A stretch of DNA of 64,000 nucleotides, taken from contig CAVSGM010000002.1 of NCBI GenBank assembly GCA_963727485.1, positions 1,823,779 through 1,887,778 on the forward strand, given 5' to 3'. The notes below the pieces were generated by a model. That model saw nothing but the letters and a program-made list of their open reading frames with translations. It made no database searches and was not told where the DNA came from. The stretch comes from an uncultured delta proteobacterium (GTDB lineage Bacteria > Myxococcota > Myxococcia > SLRQ01). This document shows positions 20,025-30,903 of the stretch, in pieces (within the stretch, counting starts at the first letter, position 1; each line of letters starts with the position of its first letter). A program made the translations under genes and the position numbers.

Positions 20025-22024
20025 GCGGCGTCCTGCCCCGGGGTGTCGAGGCCGTCCGGGGGCAGGGTGATGTGGCCGGCGAGGGCGCTGGCGGCGACCA
20101 CCAACGGCGAGGCGAGGTAGACCTGTCCCGGCCCGCTGCGCCCGGGGAAGTTCCGGTTGATCGCCGAGATGCTCACCGTGCCCTCCTCGTAGCTCACCCC
20201 GGGCCCCGCCCGGATGCACGCCCCGCACGAGGGGTTGATGAGGGTGGCGCCGGCCTTCTCGAAGAGGGGGATGTAGCCCTTGGCCTCGGCGTACTGCTTG
20301 ATCTTCTGGGAGCCGAACTGGATGAAGAGCTGCACCCCGTCGGCGACCTTGCGGCCCTCGGCGAGGGCCTGGCCGAGGACGGCGGCGTACATGTCCATGT
20401 CCGCCATCTTGCCCCCGGTGCACGAGCCCCCGTAGGCGATGTCGACCTTCACCTTGCCGCCCACCTTGGCCTCGAGGTCGGCGAGGGGGATGCCGTTCCG
20501 GGGGTCGCCGGGGGTGGCGACCATGGGGTCGACCTCGGCGAGGTCGACGTGGATCTCGTGGGCGTACTCGGCGCCGTCGTCGGAGCGCAGCAGCCCCGCC
20601 CGGGCCGCCTCGAGGTCCACGTCGGGGCGCACCTGCTTCAGCCAGGCGAGGGTGACCTCGTCGGCCTCGATGATCCCGGTGAACCCGCCGGCCTCGACGG
20701 CCATGTTGGTGAGGGTGGCGCGCTCGTCCATGGAGAGGTCGGCGAGCCCCTCGCCGGTGAACTCCAGGACCTGGCCGATGCCCTGGCCGCTCTTGATGTA
20801 GTCCTGGGCCATCACCAGGAGGATGACGTCCTTGGCGGCGACCCCGGGGCGCCGGCGGCCGGTGAGCTTCACCCGCACCGTCTTCGGCACCTTCACCCGG
20901 ACGTCCCGGGTGTGCCAGGCGCCCGCCATGTCCGTGGAGCCGACCCCGAAGGCAAACGCCCCGAGGGCCCCGGCGGTGCAGGTGTGGGAGTCGGTGCCGA
21001 GGATCACCTGGCCGGGGAGCCCGATGTCCTCGAGGATGGCGTTGTGGCAGATGGCCTCGGAGCCGCCCTCGGCGCGCTCGCCGTAGAGGCGGATGCCCTG
21101 CTTCTCGCAGAACTCTGCCTGGGTGGTGGCCAGGCCCTGGGCGCGCTTCAGGAGGCCCTGCTGCTTCTGGGCCTCGGGCATCACGTCGCCGATGAAGGTG
21201 AGGTGGTCGCGGAAGGCGTAGACGCTCGAGGTGTCCTGCACCCGGGCGTCGTCCCCGAGACCCTGGCGGAAGAGGGCGGCGGCCATGGGGGTGACGTACT
21301 CGTGGGAGAAGCGGACGTCGGTGCGGATGAACAACGCGTCGCCGGGGGCCACCGCCTCGATGCCGGTGGCGCCGGTGGTGGCGTCGGCGATGGCGTGGCG
21401 GGCGATGATCTTCTCCACCATGGTCATCGGCCGCTTGCCGGTGGGGATCGCCGGGGGCGACACCTCGCCCTGGAGCCTGGCCTGGTTGTAGGCGAAGAGC
21501 CCGCCATGCTCGACCACCGCCTGCGAGATGGGATCCATCCCCTTGGTGAACTCGGCCAGCGGGATCTCCTCGCCGGCGAGGATCCGCGGCACCAGCGAGA
21601 GATCGGTGCTGGTGAGCAGGCCGATGTTCACGCAGTTCTGGCCGTAGATCTTCTCGATGCTCTCGGCGATGACCAGCTTGATGCCCGCGGTGAGCTCGGC
21701 GTAGGGGGCGGTCTCCCGGGAGGAGCCGCAGCCCTTGCTCTTGCCGCTGACCACCACCTCGGCGCCGAAGTGCTTGACCCCCAGGTGCTCGGCGGCCTTC
21801 TCGCGCATCCCCACGTAGCAGTACTCGCCCAGGGTCTCGTCGTAGAAGAAGCAGACCCACCCCGGGGTGATCTCGTCGGTGGAGATGTTGTCCATCCGCG
21901 GCCGGTCCGGGTCCCAGTCGAGGATCTTCCCCTCGCCGAGCTGGGCCTTCACCAGGGACGGGTCGCCGGTGAGGTAGAGGACCTTGCCGTTGAAGCGGAT
22001 CTTGTCGGGTCTCTTGGTCGCCAT
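20021..22024 (-). CDS. aconitase/isopropylmalate dehydratase family protein with N-terminal swivel (LeuD-like) domain
   Basis: DNISTDEITP, GCGSSRETA (swivel); FSHE, DH, GTDSHTCTAGALG, GGSCTGG, PSCGACI, NRNFPGRSG, YLASP. Confidence 0.88.
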   Translation of the reverse strand: MATKRPDKIRFNGKVLYLTGDPSLVKAQLGEGKILDWDPDRPRMDNISTDEITPGWVCFFYDETLGEYCYVGMREKAAEHLGVKHFGAEVVVSGKSKGCGSSRETAPYAELTAGIKLVIAESIEKIYGQNCVNIGLLTSTDLSLVPRILAGEEIPLAEFTKGMDPISQAVVEHGGLFAYNQARLQGEVSPPAIPTGKRPMTMVEKIIARHAIADATTGATGIEAVAPGDALFIRTDVRFSHEYVTPMAAALFRQGLGDDARVQDTSSVYAFRDHLTFIGDVMPEAQKQQGLLKRAQGLATTQAEFCEKQGIRLYGERAEGGSEAICHNAILEDIGLPGQVILGTDSHTCTAGALGAFAFGVGSTDMAGAWHTRDVRVKVPKTVRVKLTGRRRPGVAAKDVILLVMAQDYIKSGQGIGQVLEFTGEGLADLSMDERATLTNMAVEAGGFTGIIEADEVTLAWLKQVRPDVDLEAARAGLLRSDDGAEYAHEIHVDLAEVDPMVATPGDPRNGIPLADLEAKVGGKVKVDIAYGGSCTGGKMADMDMYAAVLGQALAEGRKVADGVQLFIQFGSQKIKQYAEAKGYIPLFEKAGATLINPSCGACIRAGPGVSYEEGTVSISAINRNFPGRSGPGQVYLASPLVVAASALAGHITLPPDGLDTPGQDAA

Positions 22025-22074
22025 GGCCGGGGCAATATGGATCACCGCCCCTGGGTTCGCCAAGACCCGTCGCG

Positions 22075-22452
22075 TCAGGGCTGGGTGTCGCCGCGGAAGC
22101 GCGCCTGGAGGAAGAGCAGGCGGGTGCCGCCGATCTGGATCTCGTCGAGGTGGCGCAGGCGCTCGCGGACCCCCGGCTCCAGGGTCTTGGTGTTCACCCG
22201 GGTGCCGTTCTTGGAGTGGAGGTCCACCACGCTGGCGACCGAGCCGGTGACGTAGATGACCAGGTGGCGCTTGCTCACCTCCTCGTCGTCCACCCGGAGC
22301 GCCGCCTCCTCGCCCCGGCCGACGACGGTCTCCGGCCCCAGGAGGCGGTAGACCTCGTTGGGCCGGGCGCCCTCGACCACGGCGAGCACGAAGACGTTGG
22401 GGGCGCCAAACGGCGGCACCGGCGCGGCCATCTCCCGGGTCGAGTCGTCCAT
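22075..22452 (-). CDS. FHA domain protein
   Basis: VVGRG, VSKRH, DLHSKNGTRVN, DEIQIG. Confidence 0.88.
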   Translation of the reverse strand: MDDSTREMAAPVPPFGAPNVFVLAVVEGARPNEVYRLLGPETVVGRGEEAALRVDDEEVSKRHLVIYVTGSVASVVDLHSKNGTRVNTKTLEPGVRERLRHLDEIQIGGTRLLFLQARFRGDTQP

Positions 22453-22472
22453 GGCCGGGGATGGTACCAGCT

Positions 22473-23676
22473 TCAGCCGCCGAAGAACGACACCAGCCGG
22501 TCGTGCTGCCGCCGGCAGTCGGCATAGGCCAGGTCGATGAGGTCCCGGGCGTAGGGGCCATGGAAGAGCAGGTAGCTCACCAGGTCCTCGTCGCCGAGGT
22601 TGGAGCCGGCGAGCTGGCGCAGCAGGCGTCCGGCGAGGCCCCCGGCGCTGGCGGCCGCCGGCTCGAGGTGGTCGGTGGCCAGCGCCCCGATGTCCTGGCT
22701 GGGGGCGAGGTTGACCTCCTCGATGCGCCGGAAGGCGGTGCCGAACCAGGGCGAGCGCAGCTCCGAGAGCTGCTCGACGAAGGTGTCGCCGAAGCGGGCC
22801 CGGGCGTCGTCGATGGCGGCGTTGAGGTGCTTGAGGCGCGAGAGGTCCTGCTCCACCTGGTCGAGGAGCAGGGCGTTCAGGACCTTGCCGAAGAGGAAGG
22901 GCGCCGAGGGGTAGCGGTGCTCGTCGTCGCCGGGCTCCCCGGGGGGCGGGGGCGCCGGGGTCTCCGGGTGGTGGCGCAGGGAGACCACCAGGACCTTGTC
23001 GGCGCCGAGGGCGAGCGCCGGGAGCAGGGGGGTGTTCTGGCGCAGGCCCCCGTCGCAGTAGAGGCGGTCGCCGAGGCTCACCGCCGGGAACACGATGGGG
23101 ATCGCCGCCGAGGCCAGGGCGTGGCGGGGGCCGATGCGCGCCGGGTGCACCTCGAGGAGCGGGTGGCCGTCGAGGGCGACCTCGACCCCGGGCCGGCACT
23201 GGGTGAAGAGGGTGACCATCCCGTCGGAGATGCGGGTGGCGGTGACGGTGAGGGCGTCGAGGTGGCCCTCGGCGAGGTTCCGGCGGATGCGGGCCCAGGG
23301 GGTGCGGTGGGTGACCAGGCGCTCGAGCGGCTCGGCCCGCAGCAGGCTCATCCGGCCGTCGAGGCCCCCGAGGAGCCACCGGGGGATTCTGGAGGAGGTG
23401 GCGCGCCGGGAGGCGGAACACGTCCTCGATGGACAGCTCGCCCCAGAGGGCCGCGAGGTCGTCGGCCTGGCGCCCGGGGTCGTGGGCGGTGGCGGCGAGG
23501 TAGCAGGCGTTGATGGCGCCGACGCTGGTGCCGCAGACGACGTCGAAGCGCGGCTGGGTCCCCAGGGCGCGGGCCACCTCGGTGCGCAGGTAGCGGATGA
23601 CCCCGGCCTCGTAGGCCCCGCGCGCGCCCCCGCCGGCGAGGATCAGGGCGAGGCGGGGCGGTCGCTGGCGGGGCAT
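22473..23676 (-). CDS. patatin-like phospholipase (one extra base at 23385-23389)
   Basis: GGGARG, GTSVG, ASAAIP, DGG motifs split over ORFs 22075..23676 and 22473..23351. Confidence 0.88.
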
Positions 23677-23715
23677 GGGGATCGCAGCCTATCATCTCGC
23701 CCCCGGAGACCCACC

Positions 23716-24405
23716 ATGCCCCGCACCCTCGACGTCGCCACCAGCTGGATCGCCTCCATCCTCTCGCTCGGCGCGGGCCTCGAGGCCCGGTCCGCCGGCG
23801 CCCGCCCCGAGGCGCCGGTGATCCTCTACGAGTTCGAGGGCTGCCCCTTCTGCCGCCGGGTCCGGGCCGCCCTCTCCGAGCTCGACCTCGAGGCCGAGAT
23901 CCGCCCCTGCCCCAAGGGCGGCGCGCGCTTCCGCCCCGAGGTGGCCCGGCGCGGGGGCAAGGCCCAGTTCCCGTTCCTGGTCGACCCGGCCACCGGCGCC
24001 GAGCTCTACGAGTCCTCTGAGATTGTCGCCTACCTCTACGACCGCTACGGCGACGGCCGGCCGCCTCTGACCCTGGGGCCGGTGGGGCTCTTGCCCTTCC
24101 AGCTCACCTCGGTGGCGCGGGGTCTGGCCGGGGTCCGGGTCCGGCCCTCGTCCGCGCCGGCCCGGCCCCTCGAGCTGTGGAGCTTCGAGGCCTCGCCCTA
24201 CTGCCGCCTGGTCCGGGAGACCCTCTGCGAGCTCGAGCTCCCCTACCGCCTCCACAACGTCGCCAAGGGGAGCCCCTCGCGGCCGGCGTTCGTGGCCCGG
24301 TCGGGGAAGATGCAGGTGCCCTACCTGGTGGATCCCAACACCGGCGAGGCGCGCTTCGAGAGCGCGGACATCTGCGACTACCTCCGGCGCACCTACGGGG
24401 CGTGA
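23716..24405 (+). CDS. tandem GST-N/glutaredoxin domain protein
   Basis: Two repeats: FEGCPFCRRV...QFPFLVDP...YES and FEASPYCRLV...QVPYLVDPN...FES. Confidence 0.88.
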   Translation: MPRTLDVATSWIASILSLGAGLEARSAGARPEAPVILYEFEGCPFCRRVRAALSELDLEAEIRPCPKGGARFRPEVARRGGKAQFPFLVDPATGAELYESSEIVAYLYDRYGDGRPPLTLGPVGLLPFQLTSVARGLAGVRVRPSSAPARPLELWSFEASPYCRLVRETLCELELPYRLHNVAKGSPSRPAFVARSGKMQVPYLVDPNTGEARFESADICDYLRRTYGA

Positions 24406-24563
24406 TCGGGCGCGGGGGCGCCTCCCCGCCGGCGACCGGCGCCGCCAGGTAAGGTGGCCGGGGGGCGCGGCCGAGGGTCGGTGAAGTGCCCGGTTGTCCC
24501 GCCGGGCGCTCCGCCGCAGGCTCGAGGCGCCGGAGCCCGAGACACCCCTGAGAGGTTCGCCCC

Positions 24564-25091
24564 ATGCGACACGCAAGGCCTTCGCTCCATCGATACACCA
24601 CCGCTTCGCTGCCCCTCCTGGCCGCGGGCCTCCTCGTCGCCGCCTGCGGCGGGGTCTACGAGGGCGGCGGGGCCACGACGCCCGTCGCCACCACCGTCTG
24701 CAGCTCCGGCCAGCAGTGGACCGGCGGCGGCGAGGGCTCCTCCCAGATGAACCCGGGCATGGACTGCATCGCCTGCCACGCCCGGGGCGAGGGGCCGAAC
24801 TTCACCGCCGCGGGCACGGTCTTCGGCGACGCCCACGACGCCGATCGCTGCGTCGGGGTCTCCGGGGCGGTGGTGAAGGTCACCGACGCGAACGGCCAGG
24901 TGCTCCAGGCCACCACCGGCGCCACCGGGAACTTCTACCTGCGCGGGACCCTCGCCTTCCCCGTCCACGCCCAGGTCACCTACGACGGCAGGACCCGGGC
25001 GATGGTCGCCGCCCAGGCCACCGCCGACTGCGCCGGCTGCCACACCCGGGCCGGCCTCAACGGGGCGCCCGGGCGCATCGTCGCGCCCTAG
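24564..25091 (+). CDS. di-heme c-type cytochrome lipoprotein
   Basis: Lipobox VAAC; two CxxCH motifs (CIACH, CAGCH). Confidence 0.8.
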   Translation: MRHARPSLHRYTTASLPLLAAGLLVAACGGVYEGGGATTPVATTVCSSGQQWTGGGEGSSQMNPGMDCIACHARGEGPNFTAAGTVFGDAHDADRCVGVSGAVVKVTDANGQVLQATTGATGNFYLRGTLAFPVHAQVTYDGRTRAMVAAQATADCAGCHTRAGLNGAPGRIVAP

Positions 25092-25176
25092 CAGCCCCCG
25101 GGCGACGAGCCCCCACAGGCGGGTTCCCCTCCCGTGCCCCGGGCGCCGCCGGGCCTAGGCTGCGCCCGTGGGTCGA

Positions 25177-26529
25177 GTGAGCGCAGCGCGGCTTCGGGCC
25201 CTGCCCGGGCAGGGTCCCGGGCCCCGCTTCGGGGCCCACCCCCTGCTCCGCGCCGCCGGGGTGGGCGTCGCCGCGGTGGCGGGCTACTGGGTCCTGGAGA
25301 GCGCGGTCCACGCCTTCGTCCTCCACCGCGGGACCTTCGCCGAGGCGCTCCGACCCTCGAGCGGAAACGAGCTGTGGATGCGCGGCCTCATCGCGGCGCT
25401 CCTGCTCCTGGTCAGCGCCCTGGTGTTCCTCCGGCCCGCCCCGCGTCCGCCGGAGGACGTCGCGCTCCTCGGCCGGGTGGTGGAGGCGGCGAGCGAGGGG
25501 GTGCTGATCACCGACGCCCTCGGCCGGATCCAGTACGTGAACCCGGCCTTCACCCGGATCACCGGCTACGCCCTGGCCGAGGTGGTGGGCCGCACCCCGG
25601 CGGTGCTCAAGAGCGGCGCCATGGATTCCGGCCTTCTACCGGGGCCTGTGGGACACCATCCGCGCGGGCCAGGTGTGGGTGGGCACCCTCACCGACCGGC
25701 GCCGGGACGGGCGCTTCTACCCGGCGGTCCTCACCATCGTCCCGGTCCTCGATCCCCAGGGCCAGGTCCGCCACTACGTGGGGATCCAGCGGGACGAGAG
25801 CGATCGGACCGCGCTCTCGGCCCGGGCGGACGAGGCGGAGAAGCTGGCCCAGGTCGGGCGCCTGGTCGGCGGGGTGGCCCACGACTTCAACAACACCCTG
25901 ACCACGCTCAACGCCCTCTCGGATTCTCGCGTCCCGGGAGGCGCGGGGGAACGCCGACCTCCAGGCGCTCCTCTCGGGGATCGACGTGGCGGTGGACGGC
26001 GCCGGGGCCCTGGTGCGCCAGCTCCTCGACTTCCTCCGGGAGGACCACCCCGAGCTGCCGGTGGGGCGCCTCGACCTGGTGGCCTTCGCCCGGCGGGTGC
26101 GCCCGGCCCTCGAGGCGCTGGTGCCCGAGGCGGTGGCCTTCGAGTACGTGCCCCCGCCGCCGGGGACGGTCGCCCGCGCCGACGCCCACGGCCTCCAGCA
26201 CCTCCTCGCCAACCTCTTGCTCAACGCCGTCGACGCCGTCGCCGACCAGGCGGCGCCCCGGATTCCGCCTGCGCTTCGGCGCCGGCTTCGAGGGCGGCGT
26301 CGGCTCCCGCGACCTCGCCATCCAGGTGCGCGACAACGGCCCGGGCATCCCCGAGGCGCGCCGGGAGAGCATCTTCGAGCCCTTCTTCACCACCAAGGAC
26401 GCGGGCAAGGGCACGGGGCTGGGGCTGCCCAGCGCCCGGGAGACGGTGCGCCGCTTCGGGGGCGAGCTCGTCCTCGAGCACACCGGGCCGGAGGGGACGA
26501 CGTTCACGGTGCGGCTGCCGGTGGGCTAG
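25177..26529 (+). CDS. PAS sensor histidine kinase (three extra bases at 25624, 25922, 26261; start uncertain)
   Basis: YVNPAFTRITGY, GGVAHDFNN, LLNAVDA, DNGPGI, FEPFFTTK, GTGLGL; frames join when GATTC is read as GATC at all three sites. Confidence 0.85.
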   Translation: MSAARLRALPGQGPGPRFGAHPLLRAAGVGVAAVAGYWVLESAVHAFVLHRGTFAEALRPSSGNELWMRGLIAALLLLVSALVFLRPAPRPPEDVALLGRVVEAASEGVLITDALGRIQYVNPAFTRITGYALAEVVGRTPAVLKSGAMDSGLLPGPVGHHPRGPGVGGHPHRPAPGRALLPGGPHHRPGPRSPGPGPPLRGDPAGRERSDRALGPGGRGGEAGPGRAPGRRGGPRLQQHPDHAQRPLGFSRPGRRGGTPTSRRSSRGSTWRWTAPGPWCASSSTSSGRTTPSCRWGASTWWPSPGGCARPSRRWCPRRWPSSTCPRRRGRSPAPTPTASSTSSPTSCSTPSTPSPTRRRPGFRLRFGAGFEGGVGSRDLAIQVRDNGPGIPEARRESIFEPFFTTKDAGKGTGLGLPSARETVRRFGGELVLEHTGPEGTTFTVRLPVG

Positions 26530-27239
26530 CTGACCGCGCCGCCGAGCCTGGCCGCCAGGGCGTCGAAGAACGCCCGGATGCGCTTGGCGTTGGTCCCCAG
26601 GTCGCCCTTGCCCACCCGGGACCGCGAGCGCATGTCGACCTTGGAGCCGCCCCCCTCGCCCGGGGCGATGCGCACCACCACGTCGTCCTTGAACCGGAAC
26701 AGCCTGGTGGTGGCCACCGCCTGGAAGGCGTAGTCCTTGGGGTCCTCGTCGACGATCTCCCACCGGGGCCAGGCCTTGGCGAGCGCCAGGGCCGCCTCGT
26801 AGACCTCCGCCGGCGCCGCGGTGAGGTGGAGGGTCTGGACCTCGGGGTAGCTCTTCCTCACCACCGCCTTGAACGGCTCGGGGTAGGGGTGGTCGTGGGC
26901 CAGGAAGTGGGGCGGGGCGGCGAGGTCGGTGGTGATGTCGTTGATCGCGGGCATGCCGGCTCCAGAGTGGGCCGCGAGGGCCAGGGTTGCCAGGGGGAGG
27001 GCGCCGAGGACGAGGCCCACCAGGGCGCGCCGACGGCTGCCGCGGAAGAGGGCGATGACGGCGAGGATCACGGCCACCAGGCCGACCACCCCGGCGAGGA
27101 GGAAGACGTCGAGGCCGGCGAGCGGCGGGAGGCCCGCGTGGGCGAGCGCCGGGCCGGCGACGATCAGGAGCAGCGACAGGAGGCCGAGGCCCTGGGCGAA
27201 GCCCCCCCGGCGCCTGCGGGTCTCGAGGGTGGCGGTCAT
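26526..27239 (-). CDS. DUF1499 domain membrane protein
   Basis: PAINDITTD, FRFKDDVVVRI, DMRSRSRVGKGDLGTNAKRI. Confidence 0.85.
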   Translation of the reverse strand: MTATLETRRRRGGFAQGLGLLSLLLIVAGPALAHAGLPPLAGLDVFLLAGVVGLVAVILAVIALFRGSRRRALVGLVLGALPLATLALAAHSGAGMPAINDITTDLAAPPHFLAHDHPYPEPFKAVVRKSYPEVQTLHLTAAPAEVYEAALALAKAWPRWEIVDEDPKDYAFQAVATTRLFRFKDDVVVRIAPGEGGGSKVDMRSRSRVGKGDLGTNAKRIRAFFDALAARLGGAVS

Positions 27240-27967
27240 GATCCCTCCGGGAGCCTTGCGGCGGCGGCGCGATCGAGGAGGTAGCGCAGGCGGCCGGCGC
27301 CGGGGTCGATGCCCTGGGCCGGGAGCCGCGCCACGTCCCGGGGGCCTTCGATCACCTGGTTCACCGCGTCGGCCTTCCCGGCGCCGGTGACCAGGAAGCA
27401 CACCGCCTTGGCGGCGTTGAGCACCGGGTAGGTGAGGGTCACCCGCCACAGGTCCGGGTCCGCCACGTGGACCGGCGCCGCCCACCGCTCGCGCTCGTCG
27501 AGGACCGTAGAGCCGGGCCACAGCGACGCGGTGTGCCCGTTGTCCCCAAGCCCGAGGAGCACCAGGTCGAAGCGCGGGGCGTCGCCGAAGTAGGCGCGCA
27601 GGTCCGCCTCGTAGGCCGCCGCCGCCTCGTCGGGGTCGCCGTCGCAGACGATGGGGTGGAGGTTCGCCTCGGGGAGGCCCACCACGTCGAGGAACGTCTC
27701 CCGGGCCAGGCGCTGGTTGGAGCGGGGGTCGTTCGCCGCCACGCAGCGCTCGTCGCCCCAGAACACGTCCACGTGCTGCCAGGGCACCTCCTCGAGGTAC
27801 GCGTCGCCGAGGAGGTCGTAGGCGCGCTTCGGCGTCGAGCCGCCGGAGAGGGCCACCGCGAAGCGCCCGTGGTCGGCGAGGGCGGCCCGGGCCGCGGCGG
27901 CGAAGCGCTCGGCGAGGGCGTGGGCGGTGGCCTCGGCGTCGTCGTGGACCTCGATCACCGGCTTCAC
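27236..27967 (-). CDS. pgl: 6-phosphogluconolactonase
   Basis: ALSGGSTP, FWGDERCV, LLGLGDNGHTASLWP, RVTLT. Confidence 0.93.
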   Translation of the reverse strand: MKPVIEVHDDAEATAHALAERFAAAARAALADHGRFAVALSGGSTPKRAYDLLGDAYLEEVPWQHVDVFWGDERCVAANDPRSNQRLARETFLDVVGLPEANLHPIVCDGDPDEAAAAYEADLRAYFGDAPRFDLVLLGLGDNGHTASLWPGSTVLDERERWAAPVHVADPDLWRVTLTYPVLNAAKAVCFLVTGAGKADAVNQVIEGPRDVARLPAQGIDPGAGRLRYLLDRAAAARLPEGS

Positions 27968-29478
27968 GCGTCGTCCTCCGGGAGCGAGGGGGTCACCCAG
28001 CTGCGGCCGTCCCGGGCGATGAGGGTCTCGGCACCCTCGGGCCCCCAGGTCCCGGCGGGGTAGTTGGGGAAGTCGCTGGCCGGGGCGTCGGCCCAGGCGT
28101 CGAGGATGGGCTGGATCACCGACCACGCGGTCTCCACCTGGTCGGCGCGCATGAACAGCGTGGCGTCCCCCTGCATCACGTCGAGGAGCAGGGTCTCGTA
28201 GGCCTCCGGGGGCTTGTCCCGGAAGGCGTCGGCGTAGATGAACTTCATCTCCACCGGCGACAGGCGCAGCTGCTGCCCCGGCCGCTTGGCCTGGAACCGC
28301 AGGAGGATCCCCTCGTCGGGCTGGATGCGCAGGAGCAGGCGGTTGGGCTCGAAGCCCGCGGTGGCGCTCGCCGGGAAGCTCTTGTGGGGCACCGGCCGGA
28401 AGTGGATGCAGACCTCGGAGACCCGGCTCGGCAGGTGCTTGCCGGTGCGCAGGTAGAAGGGCACGTCCTGCCACCGCCAGTTGTCCACGAAGAGCTTGAG
28501 GGCGGCGAAGGTCTCGGTGCCCGAGTCCGGGGCCACCTGGGGCTCGTCGCGGTAGCCCTGCACCTTGTCGCCCTGGAGCCACCCGCCGGCGTACTGACCG
28601 CGGACCGCGACCTCGGCGACGTCCTCGGGGGCGATGGGCCGGATGGCGCGCAGCACGTCCACCTTCTTGTTGCGGATCTCGTCGGCCTCGAAGGAGACCG
28701 GGGGCTCCATGGCGATGAGGCAGAGCATCTGCAGGAGGTGGTTCTGCACCATGTCCCGCAGGGCCCCGGCGCCCTCGTAGTAGCCGCCGCGATTCTCCAC
28801 CCCCACCCGCTCGGCGACGGTGATCTGCACGTGGTCGATGTAGCGCCGGTCCCAGATCGGCTCGAAGAGCGCGTTGCCGAAGCGAAACGCGAGGATGTTC
28901 TGGACCGTCTCCTTGCCCAGGTAGTGGTCGATGCGGAAGACCTGCTTCTCCTCGAAGACCCGGGTGAGGTGGCCGTTGAGCTCCTTGGCGCTCGCCAGGT
29001 CGTGGCCAAAGGGCTTCTCCACCACGATGCGCTCGCGCTCCCGGTCGTGGCAGAGCCGCGCGGCGTCGAGGCGCGGCGGGATGACCTCGATGAGCGCCGG
29101 CGGGGTCGCCAGGTAGTAGACCCGGCTGGCCCGGGCGTCCCACTTGTCGTCGAGGGCCTTGAGCTTGTCGGCGAGGGCCGCGTAGGTCTTCTTGTCGTCG
29201 AACTCGCCGACCAGGTAGTCGAGGTGCCCGGCGAACTCCTCCCAGGCCTGCGGGTCCAGGTCGCCGTCGGTGGTGTCGTCGACCCCGTCGTGGAGGTGGT
29301 CCCGGAACTCGGAGGGGTCCATGCCCTTGCGGTCCACGCCGATGACCGCGAACTCCTCGGGGAGCCAGCCGTCGGCGTGGAGGTGGAAGACCGCGGGGAT
29401 GAGCTTGCGCCAGGTGAGGTCGCCCCCGGCGCCGAAGATCACCAGCGCCGTGGGGCCGGGGTGCTTGCCGTTGTGCAC
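27964..29478 (-). CDS. zwf: glucose-6-phosphate 1-dehydrogenase
   Basis: IFGAGGDL, EKPFG, RIDHYLGKE, RDMVQNH, LRTGK. Confidence 0.97.
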   Translation of the reverse strand: MHNGKHPGPTALVIFGAGGDLTWRKLIPAVFHLHADGWLPEEFAVIGVDRKGMDPSEFRDHLHDGVDDTTDGDLDPQAWEEFAGHLDYLVGEFDDKKTYAALADKLKALDDKWDARASRVYYLATPPALIEVIPPRLDAARLCHDRERERIVVEKPFGHDLASAKELNGHLTRVFEEKQVFRIDHYLGKETVQNILAFRFGNALFEPIWDRRYIDHVQITVAERVGVENRGGYYEGAGALRDMVQNHLLQMLCLIAMEPPVSFEADEIRNKKVDVLRAIRPIAPEDVAEVAVRGQYAGGWLQGDKVQGYRDEPQVAPDSGTETFAALKLFVDNWRWQDVPFYLRTGKHLPSRVSEVCIHFRPVPHKSFPASATAGFEPNRLLLRIQPDEGILLRFQAKRPGQQLRLSPVEMKFIYADAFRDKPPEAYETLLLDVMQGDATLFMRADQVETAWSVIQPILDAWADAPASDFPNYPAGTWGPEGAETLIARDGRSWVTPSLPEDDA

Positions 29479-29479
29479 G

Positions 29480-30903
29480 CTAGTCCTCCCACTCGGTGTG
29501 GAACGTCCCCGCGTCGTCGACGCGCTCGTAGGTGTGGGCGCCGAAGAAGTCGCGCTGGGCCTGCACCAGGTTCGCCGGCAGGTGCGCCGCCCGCAGGGCG
29601 TCGAAGTAGGCCAGCGCGGTGGCGAAGCCCGGCGCCGGGATCCCGATGCCCGCGGCGGTCTGCACCACCTGGCGCAGGGCGCCCTGGAGCGAGGCGACCT
29701 TCTGCGCCCAGCCCCGGATCGAGGAGCAGGTTGGTGCAGATCCGGGCTTCGCCCGGTAGGCCTGGCGCATCTCCTCCAGCAGCGCCGCCCGGATGATGCA
29801 CCCGCCCCGCCAGATGCGGCTGACCACCTCCAGGTCGAGGTCGTAGCCGTAGTGCTCGGAGGCGTGGGCCGAGCTGGCTCATGCCCTGGGCGTAGGTGAC
29901 GATCATCGCCGCGTGGAGGGCCTCGCCGACCTGCTCGACCAGGGCGTCGACGTCGCCCTGGTAGGTGGGCTTGGGGCCGTCGAGGGCCTCGGCGGCGGCC
30001 TGGCGCTCGGTCTCGAAGGCCGAGAGGTTCCGCATGGCGACCGCCATGTCGATGGTGGGCACCGGGACCCCGAGGGTGAAGGCGTCCTGGCTGGTCCACA
30101 TCCCCGTGCCCTTCTGCCGGGCCACGTCGAGGATCACGTCGACCATCCGCTTGCCGGTGCGGTCGTCGTCCTTGGTGAAGATCTCGGCGGTGATCTCCAC
30201 CAGGAAGCCGGCGAGGTCGCCGGTGTTCCAGGCGCCGAAGATCTCCGCCAGCCGGTCGTTGCCGATCCCCGCGCCCCGGTGCATCAGGTCGTAGCTCTCG
30301 GCGATGAGCTGCATCAGCCCGTACTCGATGCCGTTGTGGACCATCTTCACGTAGTGGCCCGCCGACCCCGGCCCCAGGTGGGCCACGCAGGGCTCGCCGT
30401 CCACGTGGGCCGCAGCAGGCCTCGAGGAGCGGGCGCACCCGCTCGTAGGCGTCGGCGGGGCCCCCGGGCATCATGCTCGGCCCGTGGCGGGCGCCGCGCT
30501 CGCCCCCCGAAACGCCCATGCCGAAGAAGTTGAGGCCCTTCTCGGCGAGGGCCTTGGCCCGGCGGTCGGTGTCGGTGAAGTGGGAGTTGCCGCCATCGAT
30601 GATGAGGTCGCCCTTCTCGAGGAACGGCTCGAGGCTGCCGATGACCGCGTCCACCGCCTTGCCCGCGGGGACCAGCATCATCACCACCCGGGGCTTCTTC
30701 AGCAGCTTCACGAAGGCCTCGGCCTCGCCGGCGGTGTGCACCGGGGCCTTGGCCGGGGCGCCCTCCTTGGCGAGCGCCGCGACCTTGTCCTGGTCGAGAT
30801 CGTAGCCGGCCACCGCGAAGCCGTGGTCCGCCATGTTGAGCAGCAGGTTTCGGCCCATGACCCCCAGGCCCACCATTCCCAGCTCTGCACCCTCTGCCAT
30901 CAC
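29480..30903 (-). CDS. gndA: NADP-dependent 6-phosphogluconate dehydrogenase (several frameshifts)
   Basis: GLGVMG, IDGGNS, GVSGGE, VKMVHNGIEYG, QKGTG, IWRGGCIIRA, QAQRDFFGAHTYER across three ORFs. Confidence 0.93.
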
